64,000 bases of DNA from Marsupella aquatica. Lineage: Eukaryota; Plantae; Marchantiophyta. This document shows positions 34,684 to 46,132 of this stretch, one piece after another. The notes beneath the pieces were generated by a model. It worked only from the letters and a program-made list of their open reading frames with translations. It was not told where the DNA came from and ran no database searches. Numbering within the stretch: the stretch's first letter is position 1; the number at the start of each line of letters is the position of its first letter. A program made the position numbers and the translations under genes. Where the stretch lies: assembly GCA_973895155.1 (NCBI GenBank), contig OZ316894.1:22787867-22851866 (forward strand), in the 5' to 3' direction.

Positions 34684-37600
34684 ATGGCCGAAACAATTGG
34701 CAGAAAGAAGTTAGGCACGCAAGGGCTTGAGGTGCGTGTCTGATTCCTCTGTCCTGCCATTATGCGAAAGCATTCAAGACTGCCGTTCAAGAAAATCATC
34801 TACAGTTGCTGTTTACATAGAACAGGACCACTTCCGTTAGTGCTGGAATGAGTTAGAAAGAGCGAGGCCCACGGATACTTTTAGCTCAGCCAGTATTTGC
34901 AATGTAGGGATTGAATGCATGGAAGCTAGCTGCCTGCCAGTGAGTCAATCGTGTCGGTTTCCAGTGTCGTGAGATTTCCACAATCGGCAAATTTGGCAGC
35001 GGTGAAATGGAGATTTTCCGATACATTGAGCATTGATTTTCACCTGGTGTCTCATTCGAATTAATCTTGGAATGCGGATTTAGGAGTGGCATGGCAACAG
35101 TAGTAATGTGTGGGAAGTGGGTTTTAGGCTGGCAATCAAGATGAAGCTATTGAAGGGGAAGCTCAGGATAGTTATTAGAGTTCTAATTTCCTTTTCTCTG
35201 GTCTCATGTTTCTGCTTTTGTGCAGGTGTCAGCGCTCGGACTCGGATGCATGAATTTCGCAGGCTTATATCATAACAACGATATCATTCCAGACGAGAAC
35301 ACCATAAACTTAATTCATACGGCATACAGTAAGGGAGTTACTTTCTTCGACACTTCTGATGCATACGGCCCACACACCAGTGAGATCCTCATTGGAAAGG
35401 TATGTTCGCAACTCTGACAGTCTGTGTCCATTCGTGCACCTCAAATGGGGTTCAGATCTCAATGTTGGAATTTACAGCAAGGAGTCGGCGGTGCCCACTA
35501 ACTCAAAGCTGCTGCTTGAAATTGTCATTAGGCTATCAAAAGCCTTCCTCGGGAGAAGTTACAGATAGCTTCGAAGTATGGAATTGTTTATTTCGAGAAA
35601 CCTGACGGCACAAAAGCCGCGAAAGTCCGTGGAGATCCCGAGTATGTTCGGCAGGCATGCCTGGCCAGCCTCAAACGATTGGATGTGGACTACATTGACT
35701 TGTATTACCAGCACCGAATAGATGGTACCATCCCAATCGAAGTGACGGTGAGTGCCATCGTCAAGGCTGACTCTGAGCGTCGTCAGAGCAGCTAACTGAG
35801 CACTTGATGTACAGAGCATCGTGAAGTATTACTTAAAATTGATGGTGGTCTGCATAATACGGATATTGAGTTATTCAAATAGAAGGAGCCGATGTTGTGT
35901 GGAACTCTGGATATTAACGACGAACACATGTATGTACAGATGGGAGAACTGAAGAAACTGGTGGAGGAAGGGAAGATAAAGTACATTGGTTTGTCGGAGG
36001 CAGCTCCAGATACTATTAGAAGAGCACACGCAGTTCACCCGATCACAGCAATCCAGATAGAGTGGTCTTTGTGGACACGCGATGTTGAAGAAGAATTAGT
36101 TCCTCTCTGCAGGTTGGTAAAATTGGGTTTGCTCTGTTTTTGAGTTGGAATGCACGCCTTCGTGAAGAAATTTACAACATCGTACCTAGTTTTGTAGTTT
36201 TGGCGATAAACATACACTGTCTATCTCGCCCTTCAAGTAATACCTGGGTAGATGCAACGGCTCGAGCGTCAATACCTGAATTTCCGCTCCTTTCCGGCGT
36301 TTCCCTCTGTACCAAGCAACATGCGTAGGTACAGAAGTAGCAGCCAATAAATGACTACGCGTGGATGATATCCTTGCTGATATTCTGATTTTGTTCATAT
36401 GCAGGGAACTAGGGATTGGAATAGTCCCTTACAGCCCACTTGGACGGGGATTCTTTTCAGGAAAAGCTTCTCAGGAGACACTCGATGCGAAGGACGTTCG
36501 AGCCGTACGTATCTAGTCCAACAACTCACCGAAAGCAATTAGCGAACTGGCATTCACCAGAGTGTGTCATGGCTAATTTCGTGAGGCTAAATAATTTCAG
36601 TTCCGCAGTCTAAAGTGACACCGTTCATGTTTTGGTTCTTTTCTCGCCAACGGGATGGCTTTTCCTTAGTTGCTCGATCAAAATTGCTGTCTGATTTGGT
36701 CATCGTCTACTTGTTCTTAACGGAATGTGGACAATCCTACATCGGAAACTGTTGGAACTTTCAACAGCATGGACGGGCTAGGAATTGAACCTAGGACCTT
36801 CCGTGTACATCGTAGTGCTCTACCACTGAGCTACAGGCTCTTCGTTCGAGTGTGGTTCTTTTCCAACACCCACCCTTGAGCCGCACTCGCTACAAGGGAA
36901 ACTCCTTTTCTTTGGCTCTGATACCATGTTGGAACTTTCAACAGCATGGATCGGCTAGGAATTGAACCTAGGACCTTCCCTGTACATCGTAGTGCTCTAC
37001 CACTGAGCTACAGGCTCTTCGTTCGAGTGTGGTTCATTTCCAACAGAAACTGCGTTAGTATTTGTCATTGCCAAGATTGACAAACGATTGCTCCTGAATC
37101 TTTGCCTCTCGTATGCTGGATTGCAGAAGTTCTACCCCAGATTTACTCAAGAAAATGTGGAGAAAAACAAGGTGCTTTTCGAGCGTGTGTCGTCCCTTGC
37201 TAAGACGTATGGATGCACTCCCGGCCAGCTTGCGTTGGCGTGGGTGTGTAGCCAAGGGGATGAGAGCGTTAGTGTCGTACCCATTCCTGGTAAGTACTTT
37301 CCAAATTCAGATAGGAACGAACTGAGAAATCCTCTTGAAAGCTCCCTCCATTTCAACATATTAAGACTGGTCAAGACAAAACACCTTCATTTTGGTATTC
37401 ATAAACCTGGTGTTAAGCTCCTCTCCGTAGCTTTTGACTACTTAGATAAGAAAATAACGAACCGAGAAATCCTCTTAACGGCTCCTCCGATCCATTTCAA
37501 CATTCTAGAGACTCGTCAAGACATCACACCGCCATTTCTGTCAGCCTGAACATGAATTTCTGATGAAGAGTTTATCGCGCTTTGTTCTGCTCAGGTACAA

Positions 37601-37794
37601 CAAAGGTTGCGAACTTAAATGAGAACTTAGGGGCTTTGAAAGTAAAGTTGACGCCCAAGGAGCTAGAAGAGGTGGCAGCTGCTGTGCCAAGCGCGGATGT
37701 GGCAGGCGGTAGATTTTCCGAATCCCATATACTGAACTTCACCTGGAAGGATGCCGTCACACCGCCTTTGGAATTGACTTCGAAAACCGCATAG
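34684..37794 (+). CDS. Aldo-keto reductase (plant AKR13/perakine-reductase-like), copy 1, 7 exons
   Basis: [16 protein letters not shown]|VSALGLGCM...FFDTSDAYG...ASKYG...YYQHR...[10 protein letters not shown]...YSPLGRG...PIPGTTK; the D/Y/K/H tetrad is intact. GT-AG introns; TATA at ~34400. Confidence 0.93.
36750..37045 (-). mobile_element. TRIM (296 bp) with 119-bp tRNA-derived LTRs, in AKR copy 1 intron 5
   Basis: LTRs 36750-36868 and 36927-37045 (TGTTGG...CCAACA); 5-bp TSD GAAAC; minus-strand PBS TGGTATCAGAGCCA (tRNA-iMet) and PPT AAGGGTGGG. The empty site is at ~48189 in copy 2. Confidence 0.95.
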
Positions 37795-37876
37795 AAGTTC
37801 TCAGGCCAGACCGTGGGGCAAATAAAAATATGCCATTGTTCTGCAGGACCCTCTGCCAATTTCTGCTGTCTGCAGG

Positions 37877-38330
37877 GTCGTCATTTTGCAGAATAGGCGA
37901 AGTAGCTGGCGGTAAAATTCTCCTAAGGACCTTCTCGATCAGGATCCTCTTGTTGGGCTAGAAATGTAGTCCCTAACGACTCCAGAGAGTGATTGTGGCA
38001 CCCTTTCAGCCAGCTCTCGGAACAGAACGTCAACATTGCTTTGGCAATCATCTCATCATCGATCATGATACTGTCAAACATGACGTACTTGAGAGCGTCA
38101 TTTTGCAGAATAGATGGAAGTAGCTGGCTGTCTACACACCGGGTAAATTTCTCCTAAGGATCGTCTCGATCAGGATCCTCTTCTTGGGCTAGAAATGTAG
38201 TCCCTACCGACTCCAGAGAGTGATTGTGGCACCCCTTGCAGCCAGCTCTGGGAACAGAACGCCAACTTTCCTTTCGCAATGATCTCATCATCGATCATGA
38301 TACTGTCAAACATGACGTACTTGAGAACGC
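37877..38330. repeat. ~218-bp tandem duplication downstream of AKR (also at ~49015-49468)
   Basis: gtcattttgcagaatag...catgacgtacttgag occurs twice in each duplicated block. Confidence 0.85.
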
Positions 38331-38486
38331 TTTATTTGTAGAAGTGTATGAGGAAATGACACAAACTGTTGGATTTGAGCCTTTTGCCTGTACCCACTTG
38401 AGCTCCATCCTTTGGTGGAACTCAAGTTATTCTTGAATAAGAGATTTTGATACACTACTGTCACTTGCACTTTACTTTATGGTGAA

Positions 38487-40567
38487 CTAGCTCAATACCC
38501 GTGCGTTGCAGAAAAGAAGTCGTGTCGGCCAAGATGTTGTTGAGAAAAAAAGATGTTGAGTTGGCCAATCGGTTGTTGAGAGAAAAAATGTCTTGTCGGC
38601 CAAGATGTCGTTGAGAAAGAAGATGTCATGTTGGCAAAGCCATCGTTGAGGGAAAAGATGTCGTCTCAGCCAAGATATCGTTGAGGGAAAATATCCGTGT
38701 GTTGCACAAAAGATGTCGTTAAGAAAAAAGATGTTGCCCAATGAAAATGTCGTTAAAATAAACATGTTGTGGTGCCCAAGATATCGTTAAGAAAACAGAT
38801 GTCTTGTCCCCCAAGATGTCCCTAAGAGAAAAGTGTGTGGCGCCCAAAATGCTGTTAAGAGAAAATATGTTGTGTTTCCCAAGAATGATATTCTTATGTG
38901 AAAGATGTCATGAAGTAAAACTATGTTATTAAGAAAAAGAAGTCATTTTACCAAAGATGGCATGTTGCCTAAAAGGTCATCAAGTAAAAAATTGCCGTCA
39001 AGTAAATAGATGCCATGTCGCCAATGATGTCATTATGCCAAAAGTGTCGTTAAGTATTAAGATGTTGTTAAGTAGAAAATGGTCAATAGATAAAGTATGT
39101 CATTAGTGAAAGATTTTGTTAAGCTTGGGGGGGGGGGTTCACTTCCATGAAAGTGGCACATCACGTGCGACGAAGTATAGGCTTATTTAAATGGGTGTGG
39201 CCAAAGACTTCCAAAGCTTGGTGGAAGAACACATAGGGCATGTTTTATTAACTGGTCAACTTTAAAGAACACATAGGCCTATTTAATTGTAAAAAATACT
39301 TTGTTTAAAGTTTTTAGGGGTTTTTTTAGTAAAAAATGACAAAATTTAAAGAAAGAAAGGATTTTGCAAAAAACAAAATTTCACTTATACGTTAGGGGGG
39401 TCAAACCCTAAAACGTCGCACGTGATGTATGGTACTCCATATAGTGACCCCCCCGAGTTGTTAAGTACATCTTGGGCCTGATACCTGTGCAAAAATGATG
39501 CATGTTGAGGCGAAAATATGTCAAGGTGAAAAAAGATGTCGATGAGAGAAAAACATTTTGAGCTGAGAAAAATATGTCAAGGAGAGAAAAGATGGCAAGA
39601 TGAGAAAAAAATGTCGATTAGAGAAAAAAATTCTGAGATGAAAAAAATACGCCAAGGAGAGAAAAGATGGCGAGATGAGGAAACATGTCAAGGAGAGAAA
39701 AGATATATGTCGGGGTGAGAAAAGATCTTGAGGTGAGGAAAATATTTCAAGATGAGCAAAGATCTTCATATGAAGAAAAGATGTCAAGATGAGAAAATAT
39801 GTTCTATATATTTTAGTTATATTCAAAATTATTTTTAAAGTAGAATTATTTATGTATATATGAATAGATTTATTTAAAATTTGATTAATTTTTTCATTGT
39901 GGCAGGTATGGGAAGGTTAAAGGGTAGCTTGGGCATTTTTAAAAAGGGGTGTATGATAGATCTGACAGTGTGGAAAGAATTATGTTTTGATGAATATTCA
40001 ACATTGATTCTCACTGAAACATTGTTCTCCATTTTCATTCACAATATGGATTTTTTTGGTTTTATTCCTTCTCGTTGGTTAGATTCTTTCATATTTTTCA
40101 TGTTTGGGATATTACAAATTTGAATGACTACCATGCTATAAAAAAGTAACATTTTATTATAGCTTTTGACATTCTCCCTATCATCTAACCTATTGTGTTT
40201 AATTAACCTATTTTAATTAAATTACTACCATTATTATTTTATACAATATTGTAATACTTGCAATAATATATAGTATCACATACATTATATATTTTTGTAT
40301 TTCTTGTGTATAGATCAGGAACCTACTTAATACTCATGCATGTGCATTCGCTCCCTTGTTTTGTGTGTCCCATTGGCTCCCTCCTTTGTGTGTCCCGTTT
40401 GATTCCCCTCTTGTTTGATTCTCCTAAACTTATTACTTTTTTGGTGCACACTAAATTTAATATAGCCTTTATTCCTTCTCTTTCATATGATTAATGTTTT
40501 TTGGACACTGCAAATTTGAATGACCACCACTTCAAAAAAAGGCGCAACCTTGTATTATAGTTTAGGA
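38487..40567 (-). mobile_element. Non-autonomous Helitron (2081 bp)
   Basis: Minus strand reads A|TCCTAAACTATAATA ... tgcaacgcacgggtattgagCTAG|T. It sits between A and T with no TSD, and the empty site gtgaa|tgacgagc is at ~49623. Confidence 0.88.
39127..39454. mobile_element. MITE-like element nested in the Helitron
   Basis: Imperfect TIRs: Gn-ttcact...catcacgtgcgacg and cgtcgcacgtgatg...agtga-Cn. Confidence 0.6.
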
Positions 40568-40771
40568 TGACGAGCTGACTGATTGTGAGCATTACGTGTA
40601 TTGTATCTGAATGAGTCCGAATGATACATTTCTAATTGTAACTTGACTTAGTCGTGAATGACGAGCAGAGTGGTCTTGAGCATTACGTGTATTGTATCTG
40701 ATTGGGTCAGAATGACACCTTCCCCATTGCATGTGTGTTGTTTTGCAATATATGCTTTCAAGCAGAGTTCT

Positions 40772-41993
40772 TGAATATACACATACTTTTTACAGAAAAA
40801 GGCCAAATAGAGTACAAAAGAATAAACAAGAGAGGTCCCAAGTGGACAAAACCAAACGCAAAAGAAGTGAGCAAAAGGAAACCCTAAAAACCAAGAAAGA
40901 GGAACTAAAAGAAGTGAGCAAAAGGAAACCCCTAAAAACCAAGAAAGAGGAACTAAAACTACCGCAAATGGACCGAGGTCCTCATCATACCTAGCAAATG
41001 TGGCAACAAGCTAGTGGTCTACATCAAGTGTCGAAACTAGATCGGCAAGTGGGACAGGAATGTCCTCTAGGGGGGCTAGCCGCTGCGGAGTCACACTAGC
41101 ACCCACTGTCAGAGATCGACGATAGACGGCCCGAGCTTGAGCACGCTGTAAGGTGACTGAAATGCGTTAGCGAAAGTGCGTGGTCAAAAAAGATAGCGGG
41201 GGCCCGGTGGGACCCATCCGGCCGTGAACATCCCGAGCAGCTTGGCGAAGAAGCCCGTCGAACTGATGATGGAGACGCCCAAATATCTCAAGAGCAAGGG
41301 GCAGGAAGCTATCAGATGAAGCTCGTGCAGCATATTTGGCCTCCTTCGTTGTTGCTGCTCGTGATGCTGCTGCCCCTGTCGTTGTTGCCGCTGTCCCAAT
41401 GATGTCTTGGCGCAATGGGTTTGCCACCACTACATCTGCCAAAGTACGGTGACCTTCACGGACCATGGTAAGATCCACCCGTAACCGCTGTGATGGAGGA
41501 CCAGGTAACTCGAGCACCACCTCCCGCCGCGCGCAGACCAAAGAGCCAGAGAGAACCTGAGCAGTCGCATCTCTCACAGTGTCGTGAACAAAAATGGTTT
41601 CGCCGCCCAAACTGCATTGAAAAAGATGGACACCTGTGGCATCACAAGGCTTCCCACAAGTGCAAGTAGGAGGTAAACCAGCAAGAAGTGGGTGGGGCAA
41701 GCCCATACGAAGATGCATGGCTGTCACAAACTCCGCTGAAGACATCCGCAGGTGAGGAATGACTGGATTGGCCTGAAGCCAGCCTCCTGCGCCCTTCCCT
41801 CCGGAAGAAAGAATCCAAGCTCGGTCCGTGTTAGGTGTCTCGGTGAGGATGCTGGAAAGGGTGAAAGCGTGCATACGCCCAACAAGGTCTGCCTGAAGAC
41901 GGACGGGGTCCAAGGATAAAAACTCCTGGAATGAAGGTAACGCAGCTCGAACAGGATCGGGTAATGATGACCGCGCCGTGCGCAAATGAATTT
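40772..41993 (-). mobile_element. 5'-truncated CRE/R2-type non-LTR retrotransposon (zinc knuckle plus restriction-like endonuclease)
   Basis: ORF 41167-41985 contains AGGWL...LRMGL...CTCG...HLFQC...HDTVRD...RVDL...ADVVV...KEAKY...FLPLALEIFG and continues past a TAA (RISVTLQRAQA). It is absent from duplicate copy 2; possible TSD agttct. Confidence 0.78.
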
Positions 41994-44900
41994 AGTTCTA
42001 TTTAGTTCAGTTGTGTTTGTGAGATTACTAAGGTGAAAGAATAAATATATATACTGCTACAATTTGTGAGCAGGCCAGTTCTACTCCATTGCTGTTTTGT
42101 TTTATTAGAAAACAATTAAACCATTATCTCACATAGTATTGGAGAACATTAAATGTTTCATGCAAGAAAAACCTACACAGAAATGTACCTCATATGAAGT
42201 GCGATAAAAACAAATAAAAAGAAGGGGGTGTATTGGTGGAAGGTACAGGAAGGGTGCTATAGATCATTATGATTGTTGTTTCACGAGGTAGTGTGGTACA
42301 CATTGATATAAATAATGTATGACACACTACTGTAGTTGTTTTGTGCTGACCAGATGCGACGAGGCACTGCTCACTTAAATCCCAATAAAGTTTAAGTTCT
42401 CTCCATGACTCTGAATGATCATGCTAACCATTTAGCAGAGCGGTAGAAGGGAGCAATGGTGCTGGAAGGTCAAGGGTTTGAAACTAGTTGAGTATCCTTT
42501 CCAGGAGCCTTGCAACTGAGACTCTACAATATGGGGTACTCTTGCAACCTGGAAGACATGTATATGTTCTTACAAAACAAAAATAAAGAACAAAAAGCAA
42601 GTTGACCCGGGGTTCCATCTATATTAAAAAAACTTAAAAATCAAAGAATAGGCTATGCTAAAGCTAATTAAAAACTAAATACTCACCTAGGAAAGTAGCA
42701 CCCGTCAGGTGGATTGTGCCATAAGGGGAGGTCAAAAATATATGATTGAAGTCTTCCTACTTTCTACAATGAATTCTCATAAGTAGAGACAGGCAAGAGG
42801 AGTCGGGGTACAGGGAGAGCCTTTCCTATGCATACTAAAAATATATTTTTAGGTAGTATTTATCACTGCTAGACTTCTACTGTAGTTGGCACGTATCACT
42901 ACCAAGACATGTAGTTAGCACGTGGACTGAAAAGAATTTCATTAGCATCACGAATATCATTTTTCTAGTTTCGGGAAAGGTATGTGAGTGATGAGACTTC
43001 ACCCCTTCCTAGGAAGTGTTTCTTTCTTCAAGACATCCGTACTATCTATGTGAGCAATTGGATTAATATACGTTTCAGGAGGACCATTAGATCTGATGTT
43101 TTGATATGAGCTATTATATTTCTCTAGATTTATGGCGAACCATTAGATTTCAGAAACCCTCTTAGTTAGATAAAGATTTGGCTTGCCAAAAGGAAAAATC
43201 TCATTATTTTTCTGTGTACTAAGTCACTGGCCCGGTCACCACAGCATTTTCTAGCTACGATCAGACAGGCAAGGAAAATGGCTGATCACGTGTATTAGTC
43301 ATGCCTCCACCCTGCAGTCCTGCTATCCCAATGGTGGGTGAAGACCTGTCCAACAAAGTGTGTCAAAACACTGTGATAGCAGCTATGGAGCTCCTTTAAA
43401 GCTGCTTTTTGTAAGCTTTCTCTTCGTCATAGCACAACATGCAAACAAGGTACCCATAAAATAAAGTGTCTTAGCTAGGTCTGACTTGCTAGAAAAAATA
43501 GGGTGGCACTTCGGTCTCTAGCCGTACTGTGATTGTAACCCACCAGTCTGTGCTATTGACAAATTGTTGTATGAGATATATGCAAATAACATTTATCAAT
43601 GATTATGTTGTATCACGGGTGGCCATGTCCTTGTGACCATGGACTCTATTGGAAAACGATGGTGGCAGCCAACTACTATGCAAGGATGATCGGTGCAGTC
43701 TAACTTACTGACCATGGTAAACTGAAGGGTTGGACTCCTTGTGACTTGGAAGGGAGAACTTTATGCCATAAAAATTGGTCATATGCTATGAGACTGGTGA
43801 AAAATATCAATTTTGTTTTTTACATAATTCTATGAAAAAGTCATGGTCATTTGCCTGACCAAAAGTCATAATCTGTAACTTTGAAGTTTTGAGACACCCT
43901 AGTAATACTGTGGAGGGCACTTTTCCAACTGGAAAACCTGGTGAATATTATATATAGCACTAGCCCCACTACCAGTTCTTTGAACATGAATAGAGATAAA
44001 GGTAAAAAAAGGTCAACCCTCATTGACACCAGCTGACCAAAGCTTCTTCAAATCGTAGAAGAAGAGCCGTCGGTTTCACCATAGCCCTCAACTATCAATC
44101 ACACAATGGAACTCTTCACAAGCAGCCTCCCTATTCCATCGACTCTCTTCACATGTGGCCCCTACTCCACGGACTCCTTCACAGCCGGCCCTTATTTCAG
44201 ATGCGGTGCAATACTCCCGGCACTACTCCACCCCATTCCTATTTTTCACCCCCACCTCTAATTTTGAACATAAATAGAGAACAAGACAATAAAGAATAGT
44301 GCAATAAAAATGATTATATAATACTATTTCTTATTCACTTTTGCCTATCTCTGTTCTTTGTTTTGTCCTTATTGAGAGTTATGGTCTAGAGTCTTGAGAG
44401 TTATGGTCTATAGTCTTCACTCTACACAGTAATTTTACACAGCAGTCCTCAAAAGTAGCTTTGCATTGCACTTGATTAGTAAGATGTGACTAGGTGCAAA
44501 ACTGGTGAATGGAAAACAGGAAAAGAAAACCTGGACGGTGAATATTATATATCAGAGTGCAAAGTAACTAAAACCCCAAAGCTGGAGAGAGGGTTCTTAC
44601 CAACAGCGACTAAACCTTTTTATGTCAGTCAAAACTAGCAACTAGCAAGATTTTGCCATTAAAAAAGGTTATTCTAGCATACATCTTGACATAATGATTA
44701 TTTTCTGATTCTCTTTTGTGGGGGAGTGGAATTGGCGAGTATCTCAAGGATCAAGAAAGGAAAATAAGTAGGACCAACTTCAATAAATTCATAGATTTAT
44801 GTATAGCCAATTTTCTCTAATTGTACAGACACCCATTCGATTGTCAAGGATGGCCCAACTGCTTGCCATCAATATATGCCCATGCCATGATCTTTACTAT

Positions 44901-46132
44901 GTATTTGGGCCTTATTGCTTTTGCTTTTTTGGCACTGAAAATGACACAAAATATGAATGTATAAAATCAGCCCAATAGTATCTGCAATTTAACTCCTAAC
45001 AATATAGAGTGAGCTAGAGTAATATCACTCTATTGAGTATGTACACCTTTCTGAGTATACACATATTTACTTACATGGACCATGGAAGGAGTATATTTCT
45101 TGATCCTCGTGTATTGTTTGTTTATACCAAAGTTTATATACCAGGAAAAGAACAAAGTTTGTTTATCCCATTTGATTTCCTCTTGTTTGGATAATCGTGT
45201 GACTTTTTTTCATTCACACTCCAGTAAACTCACTCTTTGGCTTTATTCTTTACCAGATTTCTCAGGTTTTGTGTCCTGCAAATTTGAATGAAAATCACAG
45301 TACAAATTGGCACACCATGTTACTATAAATTTAATTTAACACCAGCCATGACATGACTGTGCCTGCTGCTCACTTGAGCCCTACCAACTCTATCTGAGGC
45401 TTTTGGTGCTGAAACAGAGGGAAGCTTCGTGGACAGTCTTGGAGAAGCTTCCCTCTCTTTATTCATGCTTACAACCTACGACAATTGCAATCAGGCACAA
45501 TCTGGTGAAAAGCAAAACTAAGGGAGGCCGACCATCCATTGCCGAACCTGGAAAATTGCTTTGTAGATGCCAAAAGGCCTTCGCAAGTGATCTAAAGATA
45601 TTCTGCCCTGGTAGATGAGGGTGATGAAATGAATGATGTCCGCGTCAGCTCATTGGGGTTTTAGAGCTGAGATCGATGGCTCGCGGCATTGACAAGTGTT
45701 GACAGATTTTAAAAAGATTTCTCGCCGGATTCTAGTGAGGGTTCGTTCATCCGGTCCTGCTTTTGATCAGTGTCTCACGCCAGTGACAAGGTGCGGACGC
45801 GTATCTTGAGGATGTTTTTAAATTGATTGCATGGCTTCTCTCACACAGCTATATAAATTCTTGCACATGAACTCTAATCTGCATCCCACTCCCTCTGTCC
45901 TGAGGCTGATCCAGTGCGTGTTAAACATCACCTCCGATACAGTGCATTTTATTCAACGTCGTTTAGTGGTCGTCTGCTCAAAATCTCATCATCATTCTGT
46001 TCACACTCCATTTGCCAAGTCTCTGTTGTCGTCCCACCTCAGTTACTGCCTAGTTTGAGCTAGAGACTGTAGCTCGGCTCAGTCGAGTACATCAGCTACA
46101 GTACAGTACTGATATAGAGTGGAGGCAGCATC

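Noticed and set aside
36770-37017. Two tRNA genes (Tyr-like GTA loop)
   Set aside because: Acceptor and anticodon stems do not pair properly; both lie inside TRIM LTRs.
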